A stretch of 46,168 bases of DNA from an uncultured Candidatus Marinamargulisbacteria bacterium (lineage in GTDB: Bacteria; Margulisbacteria; Riflemargulisbacteria; GWF2-35-9): the NCBI GenBank assembly GCA_964358175.1, contig CAYHOI010000003.1, positions 1-46,168 on the forward strand. The letters are read 5' to 3'. How positions within the stretch are numbered: position 1 is the first letter of the stretch; the number at the start of each line of letters is the position of its first letter. Under the pieces are notes generated by a model. The model was not told the origin of the DNA. It searched no databases and saw only the letters and a list, made by a program, of their open reading frames with translations. A program made the position numbers and the translations under genes. This document shows, piece after piece, positions 7,725 to 17,878 of the stretch.

Positions 7725-10180
7725 TATTCAGGTGCTTTCTCTTCCTCAAGAATCTTTGCAAAACCTACTATTTTGTCGCCCTGATCCGCTCTCTGAACTC
7801 GAACACCTCTCGCAGAGCGCCCTTGAAGCGATATGCTCTCTACTTTTTGACGAGAGACGGTTCCCTTTTCAGTCACAATGATAAGTTCATCTGTTTTTTC
7901 AACAATTTTTCCGCCCGCCAGATGATCCTTGGCTTTGAGCTTAATGCCTCTCAGACCCAATCCCGCACGCTTTTGCAAGCGATAGTCGATGAGGCGGGTT
8001 CTCTTGCCTGTTCCAGACGCTGTCATAAGCAATAGAAACTGTTTCTCATTATCCATCTCCATCACACTACTATCTACGATCTGATCTCCTGCTTTGAGAC
8101 GCATCCCTCGAACACCTCTCGCTAAACGACTAAGTGGACGTGCTTGATCCTCACTAAATCGAATAATCATTCCATCTTTACTTACCAGTAGTACATGTTG
8201 CTGCCCGTTCGTTTTCTCTACCCAACGCAATTCATCCTCTTCATCAAGGGCAATGGCAATAATTCCATTCGTTCTCATATTCTTGAAATCACTTATCCGT
8301 ACTCTCTTCACGACTCCCTTTCGTGTTGTCATTAAGAAGTAGTTATCCGTATCAAAATTATCAACTACAATCGCCGTAGTTACGCGCTCCTGATCATCTA
8401 GTTTGAGGATATTGGATATGGATACACCTTTACTGGTTCGAGACTCTTCATGAATATTAAATACCTTTGTTTTATAGGCTTTGCCGTTAGAGGTAAAGCA
8501 AACCAAATAGCTATGCGTTGACGTTACAAACATTTTTTCAATAATATCATCCTCTCGTGTCACCATTCCGCCAATTCCTCTGCCACCTCGCAATTGACTA
8601 CGAAAGGTATCCACTGAAAGTCGCTTAACAAAGCCAAACTTAGTTATAAAGACAATGACCGTTTCCTCTTGTATTAAGCTCTCCATGTTTAATTCTTCAA
8701 AGTCACCTATAAGCTCAGTTTTGCGCTTATCCCCATACCTCTCACATAAGGCCAAGGCATCGGCCCTAATGATGTCGAGTATGCGCTCTTTTTTCGACAA
8801 AATATCCTTCATATCCATTATTTTCTCTAGTAACTCTGCATATTCATTTTCAATTTTTTCCTGCTCAAGTCCCGTTAACCGTTGAAGTCTCATTTCCAAA
8901 ATGGCTTGTGCCTGAATTTCAGTCAAGCTAAACGTTCGCACCAACCCTGCCCTAGCCTCCTCAGCATTTAGACTAGCTTTAATGAGAGCGATCACCGCAT
9001 CCAAATTGTGAAGCGCAATACGCAATCCTTCCAGAATATGAGCTCTCGCTTCAGCTTTTTTTAAATCAAACTCGACCCCTCGTCGAATAACGATAAATCG
9101 ATGCTCAATAAATTTTGTTAACAAATCCTTAAGATTCATTAGCTTGGGTTGACCGTTATCCAAGGCAACAATGTTAATTCCAAAACTATCCAAAAGTTGG
9201 GTATTTTTCAACAACTGATTAATAATGACTTTTTCGTTTGCCTCACGCTTAATCTCGATATAAATTCTCATCCCTTTTCGATCCGATTCATCCCGAAGAT
9301 CTGAAATTCCATTAATAACTTTATTCTTTACCAAGTCTGCAATTTTGATGATTAACTGTGCTTTATTCACAGTATAGGGGAGTTCCGTGACTATAATGGC
9401 TTTCTTTTTTTTGGTTTGATTTTCCTCAACATGATACTTTGCCTGGAGCTTAATGATTCCACGACCTGTATGATAAGCATCTTCGATTCCTTTTCTTCCA
9501 CAAATGAGCCCTCCAGTCGGAAAGTCCGGTCCTTGGATATAAGTCATCAGTTCAGCAATGGTTAGCTGCGGATTTTCTATCAACGCAATCATCGCAGAAA
9601 TCACTTCATTGAGGTTGTGTGGCGGAATATTTGTCGCCATACCAACGGCAATTCCAGAGCTACCATTCACAAGCAGATTGGGAAGTTTAGAGGGCAAGAC
9701 TGATGGTTCTTGGAGCGAATCATCAAAATTCGGAGTAAATTCTACTGTATTTTTATCGATATCCGCCAGCATCTCCATCGCAATTTTGCTCATTCTGGCT
9801 TCGGTATATCGCATCGCAGCGGCATTATCTCCGTCAACCGACCCAAAGTTTCCTTGACCATCCACCAACATATACCGCATTGAGAAGTTCTGAGCCATTC
9901 GAACCATCGCATCGTAAACCGAGGTATCTCCATGAGGATGGTATTTACCTAGGACATCACCGACAACTCTTACACTTTTTTTATACGGTTTATCGTGAGT
10001 TATCCCTTGCTCATACATTGCGTACAGAATGCGCCGATGAACGGGTTTAAGCCCATCCCGCACATCAGGGAGTGCTCTCCCAACGATAACACTCATCGCA
10101 TAGTCGATATAGGATGACTTCATTTCATCCTCAATCTTCGTATCCGTTACCTTAGAAATCGAAAAGAGTTCTTCTTGCAT
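7724..10180 (-). CDS. gyrA: DNA gyrase subunit A
   Basis: [22 protein letters not shown], GyrA-box QLRGGRG. Confidence 0.98.
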   Translation of the reverse strand: MQEELFSISKVTDTKIEDEMKSSYIDYAMSVIVGRALPDVRDGLKPVHRRILYAMYEQGITHDKPYKKSVRVVGDVLGKYHPHGDTSVYDAMVRMAQNFSMRYMLVDGQGNFGSVDGDNAAAMRYTEARMSKIAMEMLADIDKNTVEFTPNFDDSLQEPSVLPSKLPNLLVNGSSGIAVGMATNIPPHNLNEVISAMIALIENPQLTIAELMTYIQGPDFPTGGLICGRKGIEDAYHTGRGIIKLQAKYHVEENQTKKKKAIIVTELPYTVNKAQLIIKIADLVKNKVINGISDLRDESDRKGMRIYIEIKREANEKVIINQLLKNTQLLDSFGINIVALDNGQPKLMNLKDLLTKFIEHRFIVIRRGVEFDLKKAEARAHILEGLRIALHNLDAVIALIKASLNAEEARAGLVRTFSLTEIQAQAILEMRLQRLTGLEQEKIENEYAELLEKIMDMKDILSKKERILDIIRADALALCERYGDKRKTELIGDFEELNMESLIQEETVIVFITKFGFVKRLSVDTFRSQLRGGRGIGGMVTREDDIIEKMFVTSTHSYLVCFTSNGKAYKTKVFNIHEESRTSKGVSISNILKLDDQERVTTAIVVDNFDTDNYFLMTTRKGVVKRVRISDFKNMRTNGIIAIALDEEDELRWVEKTNGQQHVLLVSKDGMIIRFSEDQARPLSRLARGVRGMRLKAGDQIVDSSVMEMDNEKQFLLLMTASGTGKRTRLIDYRLQKRAGLGLRGIKLKAKDHLAGGKIVEKTDELIIVTEKGTVSRQKVESISLQGRSARGVRVQRADQGDKIVGFAKILEEEKAPE

Positions 10181-10191
10181 CCGAGTCTCCT

Positions 10192-12558
10192 TTATACGTC
10201 AAGCCATTTAACTTTTCGGGCATATGCTTCAATAAAGTTTTTCCTTGGTAAAACATCTCCACCCATTAGAATGGTGAAAATATTATCCGCTATTTCAGCG
10301 TCCACAAGCATAATCCGTAGTAATGTTCGTTCTTTGGGATCCATGGTCGTCTCCCAAAGTTGTTCTGGATTCATTTCTCCCAAGCCTTTATATCGTTGTA
10401 TGGTAAGTCCCTTGGACGCAACACGCTGGATATATTCGATAAGAAGCTCATTGCTTTCGACACTCTTCTCTTCTTGGTTAACCGTTACGGTATAGGGTGC
10501 ATTTTTTTCTTCAACCAAATCTTCCGTATAGTGCTTGATATCCTTTAATACAGAAATATCTAGTTGATTTTCATTAATAAGTTTAACAACAAACTGCTCA
10601 ACAATGTTCTGTTCAAGATTTATTAATTCTTCGCTGTTTTCAGCAACCATCCTCTTTATTTCCAAAAATCGATGCAAATCGAGATCAAAGATAACTGAAA
10701 GAACCATTTGTTTGTCATACAAATATCGATCTGATTCTCTCAAAAAATCATAATAGGTGTTTAGTTTATCCACAAAATTAAGAATATCCGACCCCGTAAT
10801 GACGGCTTCTTGATTCTTTTTCCTTAAAATCACCCCTGCCAAATTCATTCTGCTTTGTGTTTCTTTTTTTTGTTGATCATTGTACACATATTCTTTAGCA
10901 GAGCCTTTTTTAATGAGATATAGTGGTGGCTGCGCAATATATAAAAATCCTGCCTCTATAATCTCGCGGGCATATCTGTAGAAAAAAGTAAGTAGCAACG
11001 TACGAATATGCGCTCCATCCACATCAGCATCTGTCATAATGACAATTTTATGATATCGCACTTTTTTGTGTACATCCTCAAGCGTTAGAGCTTCCTCCTT
11101 GTCCAATCGAGCCATAACATCTGGACCAATCGCTGTAATAAGATTTTTTATTTCTTCGTTTTCCAATATTTTATCCAATCGTGCTTTTTCAACATTAATA
11201 ATTTTTCCTCGAAGCGGCAATATCGCTTGAAAATTACGATCCCGTCCTTGTTTAGCACTACCTCCTGCACTATCGCCCTCAACGATGAAAAGTTCTGTTT
11301 TCTCCGGATTACTTTCTGAGCAATCAGCCAACTTCCCTGGAAGGGTTGTGCTTTCTAATACATTTTTTCGACGCGCCAAATCCTGGGCTTTTCTGGCAGC
11401 CTCTCTCGCTTTTGCAGCCATGAGCGACTTAAGCACTATTTCTCTGGCAGTATTAGGATCCCTCTCCAGGATGAACTCCATGGCTTCAGCAACCACCGCA
11501 TCTACAATGCCTCTTACTTCGCTGTTGCCAAGCTTTGCCTTGGTTTGTCCCTCAAATTGTGGATCTCGAACCTTTATTGACAAAATAGCAGTCAATCCTT
11601 CTTTGGTATCATTGCCTGTCAGTATTTCCTCGCCTTTAAATAATTTATGTTTTTTGGCAAAAGCATTTAAGGATCGCGTTAAGGCGGTTCTAAATCCAAC
11701 CACATGCGTTCCACCCTCGCGGGTTCGAATATTATTTACAAACGAAATAACATGTTCATCGTAATAGTTTCGGCTGTAGTGAAGCGCAATCTCAACATCT
11801 ACATCATCTCGTTCTTTATGAATATAAAAGGGCTCTTTAAAAAGGGGTTCTTTGTTTGAATCCAAAGTCTGTATATAGGAAACCAACCCTCCATCAAACT
11901 TAAATTCTTCTTGAACCGTTTCCTCTCCGCGTTCATCTTTCACGCTTATCGTTAAACCCTTGTTTAAATAGGCTAACTCCCTGCAACGAGTCGCAATCGT
12001 ACTGTAATCAAAATCGAGGGTCTCAAAAATCGTATTGTCTGGATGAAAAACAACCCTTGTTCCCGTGGCATGATCCATAAAAGTCTCTGTTTGACCTGGA
12101 GCATCTGGTACACCTCGAGTAAAAGTCTGTGTATATCTTTTTTCATCACGAAAAATCTCTATCATCAATTTATCTGAAAGAGCATTCACGCAGGAAACGC
12201 CCACACCATGGAGTCCACCAGAAACCTTGTATCCCTTTCCCTCAAACTTTCCACCTGCATGCAACACCGTGAGAACGACCTCTGCAGCACTCACGCCTCG
12301 ATCCGCGTGGATATCAATGGGAATACCTCTTCCGTCATCATCAACACTTACAGAGTTATCGGCACGAAAAACAAGACTAATCCGCTTACAGTATCCGGCA
12401 AGTGCTTCATCAATACTATTATCCAGAACCTCATAAACCAAATGATGAAGACCATTGCGATCTGTTGATCCAATATACATAGCTGGCCGTTTGCGAACTG
12501 CCTCTAAGCCTTCAAGGATTTTAATATCAGCCGCGCTGTAGGTGTTTTCTTTCTCCAT
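10192..12558 (-). CDS. gyrB: DNA gyrase subunit B (long form with Toprim insert)
   Basis: [42 protein letters not shown]. Confidence 0.98.
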   Translation of the reverse strand: MEKENTYSAADIKILEGLEAVRKRPAMYIGSTDRNGLHHLVYEVLDNSIDEALAGYCKRISLVFRADNSVSVDDDGRGIPIDIHADRGVSAAEVVLTVLHAGGKFEGKGYKVSGGLHGVGVSCVNALSDKLMIEIFRDEKRYTQTFTRGVPDAPGQTETFMDHATGTRVVFHPDNTIFETLDFDYSTIATRCRELAYLNKGLTISVKDERGEETVQEEFKFDGGLVSYIQTLDSNKEPLFKEPFYIHKERDDVDVEIALHYSRNYYDEHVISFVNNIRTREGGTHVVGFRTALTRSLNAFAKKHKLFKGEEILTGNDTKEGLTAILSIKVRDPQFEGQTKAKLGNSEVRGIVDAVVAEAMEFILERDPNTAREIVLKSLMAAKAREAARKAQDLARRKNVLESTTLPGKLADCSESNPEKTELFIVEGDSAGGSAKQGRDRNFQAILPLRGKIINVEKARLDKILENEEIKNLITAIGPDVMARLDKEEALTLEDVHKKVRYHKIVIMTDADVDGAHIRTLLLTFFYRYAREIIEAGFLYIAQPPLYLIKKGSAKEYVYNDQQKKETQSRMNLAGVILRKKNQEAVITGSDILNFVDKLNTYYDFLRESDRYLYDKQMVLSVIFDLDLHRFLEIKRMVAENSEELINLEQNIVEQFVVKLINENQLDISVLKDIKHYTEDLVEEKNAPYTVTVNQEEKSVESNELLIEYIQRVASKGLTIQRYKGLGEMNPEQLWETTMDPKERTLLRIMLVDAEIADNIFTILMGGDVLPRKNFIEAYARKVKWLDV

Positions 12559-13288
12559 AGAAACTCTCCTCTTTTTTCTCCTTCATTTGATAGTATTTAT
12601 AAAGCGTTGCTGAAACATGCTGTTGCACCATCGTTTCGTTCAAGTGCTCTGGTTGTATCCCAAGTTTAAGAAGAACATATTCTTCTATTTTCTCCTTAAT
12701 AACCCCAAGAAGGCTTGGTCGCCTTTCTCTATGGTATTCACGACAACACTGATTGATCGTATCATATAATTGCTGAATTTGGAACGCCTTTTCCCCGGTA
12801 AACTCAAGGTAGGAAATGTTTCTTTTATCTTTTTTGTTCCAATCTTCAAAGCGAATCCATGGTGTTTCTTTTAAAACTTTCCATATCCGTAAACGCTTTT
12901 CTTCCTTGCTAGCGTATAGACAAACAGCACACTCCTGCTGATTCTTTTCTATCACACGAGATCCACATCGACGACATCGATTTTCTGGTGATGTTTGTTC
13001 TTGTTGTGAGTCATATCCAGCGATAATCTTGATGTCTCTAAGATCTTTATGATGCTCTCTTAATTTCTTAAGAAATTCTGATTTATAGTAAATCAGTTGA
13101 CTCGCCCACATCGGATCTTTTGTTTCAATAAATAGTGTTTTATTCTTATAATAAATCTCCTTGATCATTTCAAAAAGTTGGGGGCTAACTGAATGTTTAA
13201 ACGTTTCTAAAATCGCATATTGCTCTTTTATAACTTTACCCCGAAGATGATCCAGAATAGACTGTACCCGTTCCATTTTATAACTCAA
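12527..13288 (-). CDS. DUF721/DciA-like protein with Zn-finger extension
   Basis: Between recF and gyrB; TLFIET..PMWASQL.Y.K core; CRRC...CAVC. Confidence 0.7.
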   Translation of the reverse strand: MSYKMERVQSILDHLRGKVIKEQYAILETFKHSVSPQLFEMIKEIYYKNKTLFIETKDPMWASQLIYYKSEFLKKLREHHKDLRDIKIIAGYDSQQEQTSPENRCRRCGSRVIEKNQQECAVCLYASKEEKRLRIWKVLKETPWIRFEDWNKKDKRNISYLEFTGEKAFQIQQLYDTINQCCREYHRERRPSLLGVIKEKIEEYVLLKLGIQPEHLNETMVQQHVSATLYKYYQMKEKKEESFYGERKHLQRG

Positions 13289-14330
13289 TAACTTCTCCTA
13301 TTTCGTTTATTTTCCACAACTCATTTTTACGATTTGTTGTTGTAATTATTTTTTGACAAGAATCCAAAAGAAGTGTTCTGAGTAAGGATTTTCGAGTTTC
13401 ATCCAGCCCCATCCAAGCATCATCGATAAGAACAACAGGTTTAACCTGTTTTGTCTCTGTAACCATATCCTTTTCACTTAGCTTCATCACAAGAGCTATC
13501 AACTGTTTCTCTCCTTGCGACATATATTTTTTGAGATCATGCCCGCCCATGAGCACCATAAAATCATCACGATGTGCACCAAAAAGAGACTCTCTATACT
13601 GTTGCTCCTTTAAAAAAACCTCCTGTATAGATTTTCCTTCTGGTAGCGTATCTGTATAGTGAATTTCTATACTAAGCTTTTGTTCATCCTTATAAAAATG
13701 CCCTAAATAATGATTCATCTTCACTGCAAGGCCTTTTAAAAATTGAATTCTTTTTTTAACAATCCGTTGATGACACGTTATTAATTCCTCTTGGAAAGCT
13801 TTTAATAACTCTTTTTGTTGACTCCATCCCAATTTAAATAAACTATTTTTTTGTCTATTTATTTTTTTTAAAGTTGTTAACTGATGTAAATACTCCATAT
13901 CCATTTTTGATAAAAAAGCATCCAAATACTGTCTTCTGGTTGCGGGTGTCATTGTTAAAATTCTATAATCTTCACCTGTAATATGTATCGTATGAAATAC
14001 TGATAATAGGTCAGAACTTCTTTCTAATAACTTCCCATTTAACTCTATTTTTTTCCCTTGCTTAGAGATATAAATCCTAATATCCTGCTCATGCTGTCCG
14101 TCATCCATTTTACCACCAACGGATGCCCTCTCTTGATTATACTGAATCGCTTCTTCCAGGTGATTTGTTTTTGTGGATCTCGTCGCGGATAATAGCTGAA
14201 TTGCCTCTATAAGATTACTTTTACCTTTTCCATTTAAACCCACAATAAGATTAATATTGCTTTCAAATAGAAATTTCTGATGATTGTAATTTCTGAAATT
14301 CTGAAGCTCAAGACTCCTTAACCACATCAA
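13278..14330 (-). CDS. recF: DNA replication/repair protein RecF
   Basis: NFRNY, GLNGKGKSNLIEAI, GAHRDD, SQGE, VVLIDD. Confidence 0.95.
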   Translation of the reverse strand: MMWLRSLELQNFRNYNHQKFLFESNINLIVGLNGKGKSNLIEAIQLLSATRSTKTNHLEEAIQYNQERASVGGKMDDGQHEQDIRIYISKQGKKIELNGKLLERSSDLLSVFHTIHITGEDYRILTMTPATRRQYLDAFLSKMDMEYLHQLTTLKKINRQKNSLFKLGWSQQKELLKAFQEELITCHQRIVKKRIQFLKGLAVKMNHYLGHFYKDEQKLSIEIHYTDTLPEGKSIQEVFLKEQQYRESLFGAHRDDFMVLMGGHDLKKYMSQGEKQLIALVMKLSEKDMVTETKQVKPVVLIDDAWMGLDETRKSLLRTLLLDSCQKIITTTNRKNELWKINEIGEVIEL

Positions 14331-14333
14331 AGA

Positions 14334-15452
14334 TCATTCATGTTTCATTCTTATGGGCATCATAATATAAATATAATCACTATTATTTTCTTCTTTCACA
14401 ACTAAAGGCTTTTCTTCATTAATAATTTCAATTTTTATATTTTCCGTTTCAATATTTTTTAGGGCTTCCATCATCAATCTTACATTAAAAACAACCTGAA
14501 TGGTTAGATCACCTATGGTCTTTACTGCTATTTTCTCGCTACCATCTCCAAAATCAGGTGTCACAGAACTTATTACCAAAAACCCTTCTATGAGTTCTAT
14601 TTTAACCATAAATGCATTTTTGGAAGCTATAATATTTATTCTTTCACAACCCTCTAAAAAACTTTTTCTATTAATAATGATCTGTAATTTTCCTTCTTCA
14701 GGAATCAATAATTTATAATCTGGAAAAGTCCCATTAATCACTCGAGAATACAATTGAACTTCATCACAGACAAAAAGAACTCTACTCGCGCTAAACCTCA
14801 TTATAATAAAATCAGACGATGTCACGGAAATAACCGATAAAAGCTCACGAATTGTTTTAATAGGAATAACAGTGTGATACTTTTCTTGAACCTCTAAGGC
14901 TATCTCATCTTTAACCAATCTATACCCATCTGCAGCCACAAATCTAAGTCTCCCCTCCTCCCCAAGCATATCTACTAAAACACCATTTAAAATAACTTTT
15001 TCTTCATCATCAGATGTAGCAAAAGAAACACGTTGTAATATTTCTTTTAATAATACTTTCTTTACTTGTACTTCACGAAACTCACTCTCTAAAACCATAT
15101 CTACTGGAAATTCAAGAACATTCATCGTATAGATATTAAAAGTAGCTTGCCCATTTCTAATTAAAAGCGTGTTGTTTTCGCTGACATACATCGAAACTTC
15201 TTTATGAGCCAGTTTACTCACAATTGAATAAAATGTTCTTGCATTCACTAAAGCAGTCCCAGGCATGAGAACATTCGCCTTTATTTTACAAATCATATTA
15301 GTTTCTAAGTTATTGGAGGTGATAATAAACTCACTCTCACGTGCTTCCAATTTATAACATTTTAAGGTCTCAACCGTTGACCTCTCTTGTATAGAATTCA
15401 TAGAAATAGACAATGCCTTTAATAACGTTTCTTTATCACATACTATATTCAT
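14334..15452 (-). CDS. dnaN: DNA polymerase III beta clamp
   Basis: VAADGYRL, GTFPDY, C-terminal IMMPIR; downstream of dnaA. Confidence 0.95.
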   Translation of the reverse strand: MNIVCDKETLLKALSISMNSIQERSTVETLKCYKLEARESEFIITSNNLETNMICKIKANVLMPGTALVNARTFYSIVSKLAHKEVSMYVSENNTLLIRNGQATFNIYTMNVLEFPVDMVLESEFREVQVKKVLLKEILQRVSFATSDDEEKVILNGVLVDMLGEEGRLRFVAADGYRLVKDEIALEVQEKYHTVIPIKTIRELLSVISVTSSDFIIMRFSASRVLFVCDEVQLYSRVINGTFPDYKLLIPEEGKLQIIINRKSFLEGCERINIIASKNAFMVKIELIEGFLVISSVTPDFGDGSEKIAVKTIGDLTIQVVFNVRLMMEALKNIETENIKIEIINEEKPLVVKEENNSDYIYIMMPIRMKHE

Positions 15453-15682
15453 GACTAATAACCTCCTAAATTATATTATAAATAATAACGTCATACTCTT
15501 AAGGCCTGTTTATAAACAGGATAAACAGAAAATAAGCGGTAGGAATCATTAAATCGTACCAACAGATTATAAAGGGAATTAATCAAATGATACAGAAATA
15601 TAAATAGATTATTCTGTTGGGGGTATTTTATTAGATATTTATTAACAGGATACCCAGAGATAGACATTGTGATTAAGAAGAG
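15453..15682. promoter_or_regulatory. oriC unwinding region (dnaA-dnaN intergenic)
   Basis: Degenerate DnaA boxes (TTATAAACA in palindrome CCTGTTTATAAACAGG 15505-15520; TTATTAACA about 15639), then GGCC and an AT-rich tract before the dnaN RBS. Confidence 0.75.
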
Positions 15683-17062
15683 TTATTCCGTTAATATGAG
15701 TTTTATTTGATTAATAGCACTCTTTAAATCATGATTCTTTTTCATATCATTATTTATTTTATCGCAGGCATGCATGACTGTTGTATGGTCTCTATTTCCA
15801 AAACCTTCACCTATTTTAGGAAGAGAAAAATTGGTTAAATCCCGACATAAAAACATAGCAACCTGGCGTGCGTGAGCAATCTCCTTTGTTCTTATTTTAG
15901 CGGATAATAACTCCACTTCTAATTCATAATAATCCGAAACTTGTTTTTTAATTTTATTTAAAGAAAGCGGTTTTTTGGCCTTATCTTTCACAATATCTTT
16001 AATAACATCTTTTGCGAGGTTTATATTGATTTGTTGATTAACAAGAGAGGCATAAGCAATAATTTTTATGAGGGCACCTTCAAGTTCACGTACGTTATCT
16101 GGTATTTGAGAGGCTAGGTAATACATCACCTCTTTTGGTGCGACAAGTGATTGAGGTTCGAGTTTTTTATAAAGAATTGCAATACGAGTTTCTAGGTCGG
16201 GCGACTGTAAATCTGCAGAAAGACCCCACGCAAAACGAGATTTGAGGCGTTCATGAATGGAAGGAATATCTTTTGGTAGACGATCAGAAGAAACAACAAT
16301 TTGTTTATTGACTTGGTAGAGATGGTTAAAAGTATGGAAAAATTCTTCCTCAGTTTTCTCTTTACCCGCGATAAATTGGATATCATCAATAAGCAAAACA
16401 TCCACGTTTCGATACTTATCACGAAACGCAAGCATCCTATTGTGTTGGATAGAATGAATCAAATCATTGGTGAATTCTTCCGCAGTAAGATAAAGAACAA
16501 CAAGGGAAGCGTTTTCCCCTAAAACCCTATTTCCTATGGCATGCATTAAATGTGTTTTCCCTAGGCCAACACCTCCATACAAAAAGAGTGGATTGTAGGC
16601 TTTCCCGGGCGCCTTAGAAATAGCAACTGCAGCGGCATGAGGGAATCGATTGCATGGTCCGACCACGAAAGTATCAAAAGAGTATTTTTGATTGAGGGCG
16701 TATTTTGCTTGTTGAGGAGGGCGAATAGCTTCAGTGGGAAGCACCACGGGTTCTTGAGATAAAGCAGGATCATCTGGGGAATCATCCAATCCAGCTAAAT
16801 CTTCTTTCTGATCTATCAAATTGACTTCAATAACGACATCAAGATCAAAATGCGTTTTTATAGATTTTTTAATGTAATGCTCACATTTGTCAAAAACCCA
16901 TTTTTTCATGAAATTGTTAGGAACCGATAAAATAAGAGATTGATGAAGAAAGGATATGGGTTTTACGGCTCGCTGAAATGTAGAATAAGAAACGCGCCCC
17001 AATTTTTCCTGGACAAAAACATCGACTACGTTCCAGATATCTATAATGCTAGGTTGAATCAT
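15683..17062 (-). CDS. dnaA: Chromosomal replication initiator DnaA
   Basis: YNPLFLYGGVGLGKTHL, LLIDDIQF, NVRELEGAL, RDHTTVMHA. Confidence 0.99.
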   Translation of the reverse strand: MIQPSIIDIWNVVDVFVQEKLGRVSYSTFQRAVKPISFLHQSLILSVPNNFMKKWVFDKCEHYIKKSIKTHFDLDVVIEVNLIDQKEDLAGLDDSPDDPALSQEPVVLPTEAIRPPQQAKYALNQKYSFDTFVVGPCNRFPHAAAVAISKAPGKAYNPLFLYGGVGLGKTHLMHAIGNRVLGENASLVVLYLTAEEFTNDLIHSIQHNRMLAFRDKYRNVDVLLIDDIQFIAGKEKTEEEFFHTFNHLYQVNKQIVVSSDRLPKDIPSIHERLKSRFAWGLSADLQSPDLETRIAILYKKLEPQSLVAPKEVMYYLASQIPDNVRELEGALIKIIAYASLVNQQININLAKDVIKDIVKDKAKKPLSLNKIKKQVSDYYELEVELLSAKIRTKEIAHARQVAMFLCRDLTNFSLPKIGEGFGNRDHTTVMHACDKINNDMKKNHDLKSAINQIKLILTE

Positions 17063-17080
17063 TTATGTAAACCGACAAGC

Positions 17081-17103
17081 TGTGGATAACTGACTGTTGA
17101 TAA
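17081..17103 (-). promoter_or_regulatory. DnaA boxes upstream of dnaA
   Basis: Perfect TTATCCACA (17081-17089, minus) and TTATCAACA (17095-17103, minus). Confidence 0.85.
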
Positions 17104-17212
17104 CCTATCTTAACAAAAAGGATGTAATTTAGCAACACGCACGCAACGCAAGGAATTTTTTGAACCAGCAGGTGTAATTATGACTTTATTCATCGTCAGA
17201 CATAGTGTTGTT

Positions 17213-17656
17213 TCATGTAATCGCTCCACAGCGTAGTTCGTGTTCCTCGCACTTTGCTTTGTCATCAAAGGGCTTGTCGCAATAATCACACCGCCAACCA
17301 GTTACTGTTACAGACATAGTGCTCTTCACGCCACAATGAGGACAGGCTAAAGCCTTTTTGCTCTCAGGATCATTGGGATTCATATCGCAATTAAATTCTT
17401 CATGACAAATAGGGCATGGGACGAGAATTGTTTGGGTTTTCCTGTCATGGAGTATCTTGTAGGTACGCTGAGTTTGATACGTTGTTCTTTCTTCACGTCG
17501 CCCCCCAGATAACCGCGATTTCAACTGCTTAGCTTCTTCGATTTTCAGAAACCCCAAAACTATTCCCCCCACGACTCCACCCGCCAGCCCTAGAATCACG
17601 CTACCTTGAATAAAGTGATTCAAACTATCCACAGCTTCTAAGAAAGTTGTGCCCAT
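17213..17656 (-). CDS. Membrane-anchored multi-zinc-finger hypothetical protein (probably 3' part of a frameshifted gene)
   Basis: Gly-rich TM (VILGLAGGVVGGIVLGFL), CPIC...CPHC and CDYC...CEEHELRC motifs. Confidence 0.7.
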   Translation of the reverse strand: MGTTFLEAVDSLNHFIQGSVILGLAGGVVGGIVLGFLKIEEAKQLKSRLSGGRREERTTYQTQRTYKILHDRKTQTILVPCPICHEEFNCDMNPNDPESKKALACPHCGVKSTMSVTVTGWRCDYCDKPFDDKAKCEEHELRCGAIT

Positions 17657-17781
17657 CAGATTTTTCTCCCAATAATAGCGGTAGCAATAATGAGAAACAA
17701 AAAAACCGCTGGATTTAACAAGAACAAAATTACTACTACCCCTAATACAGAAATTAATGCTAACCGGCCAATTGTATACAC
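17656..17781 (-). CDS. 41-aa hydrophobic ORF, probable 5' part of the zinc-finger gene (not in ORF track)
   Basis: AAAGGAGA RBS + GTG; MYTIGRLALISVLGVVVILFLLNPAVFLFLIIATAIIGRKI; ends TGATG; T7 run at 17699-17705. Confidence 0.6.
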   Translation of the reverse strand: MYTIGRLALISVLGVVVILFLLNPAVFLFLIIATAIIGRKI

Positions 17782-17817
17782 GGTATTTCTCCTTTCTCTG
17801 ATAATTTGTTCTATGGG

Positions 17818-17872
17818 ATACTATTCTTTAAAAACGACAAGAATTGTCTTTTTCTGTATTTGAAAGTAGTAT
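17818..17872. promoter_or_regulatory. Divergent promoters with central operator palindrome
   Basis: GACAA-N3-TTGTC at 17836-17848; plus strand TTGTCT-17-TAGTAT; minus strand TGTCGT-N10-TAGTAT. Confidence 0.65.
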
Positions 17873-17878
17873 GGATAG

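Noticed and set aside
10410..10870. Intein in GyrB
   Set aside because: No Cys/Ser start, His-Asn end or LAGLIDADG motifs
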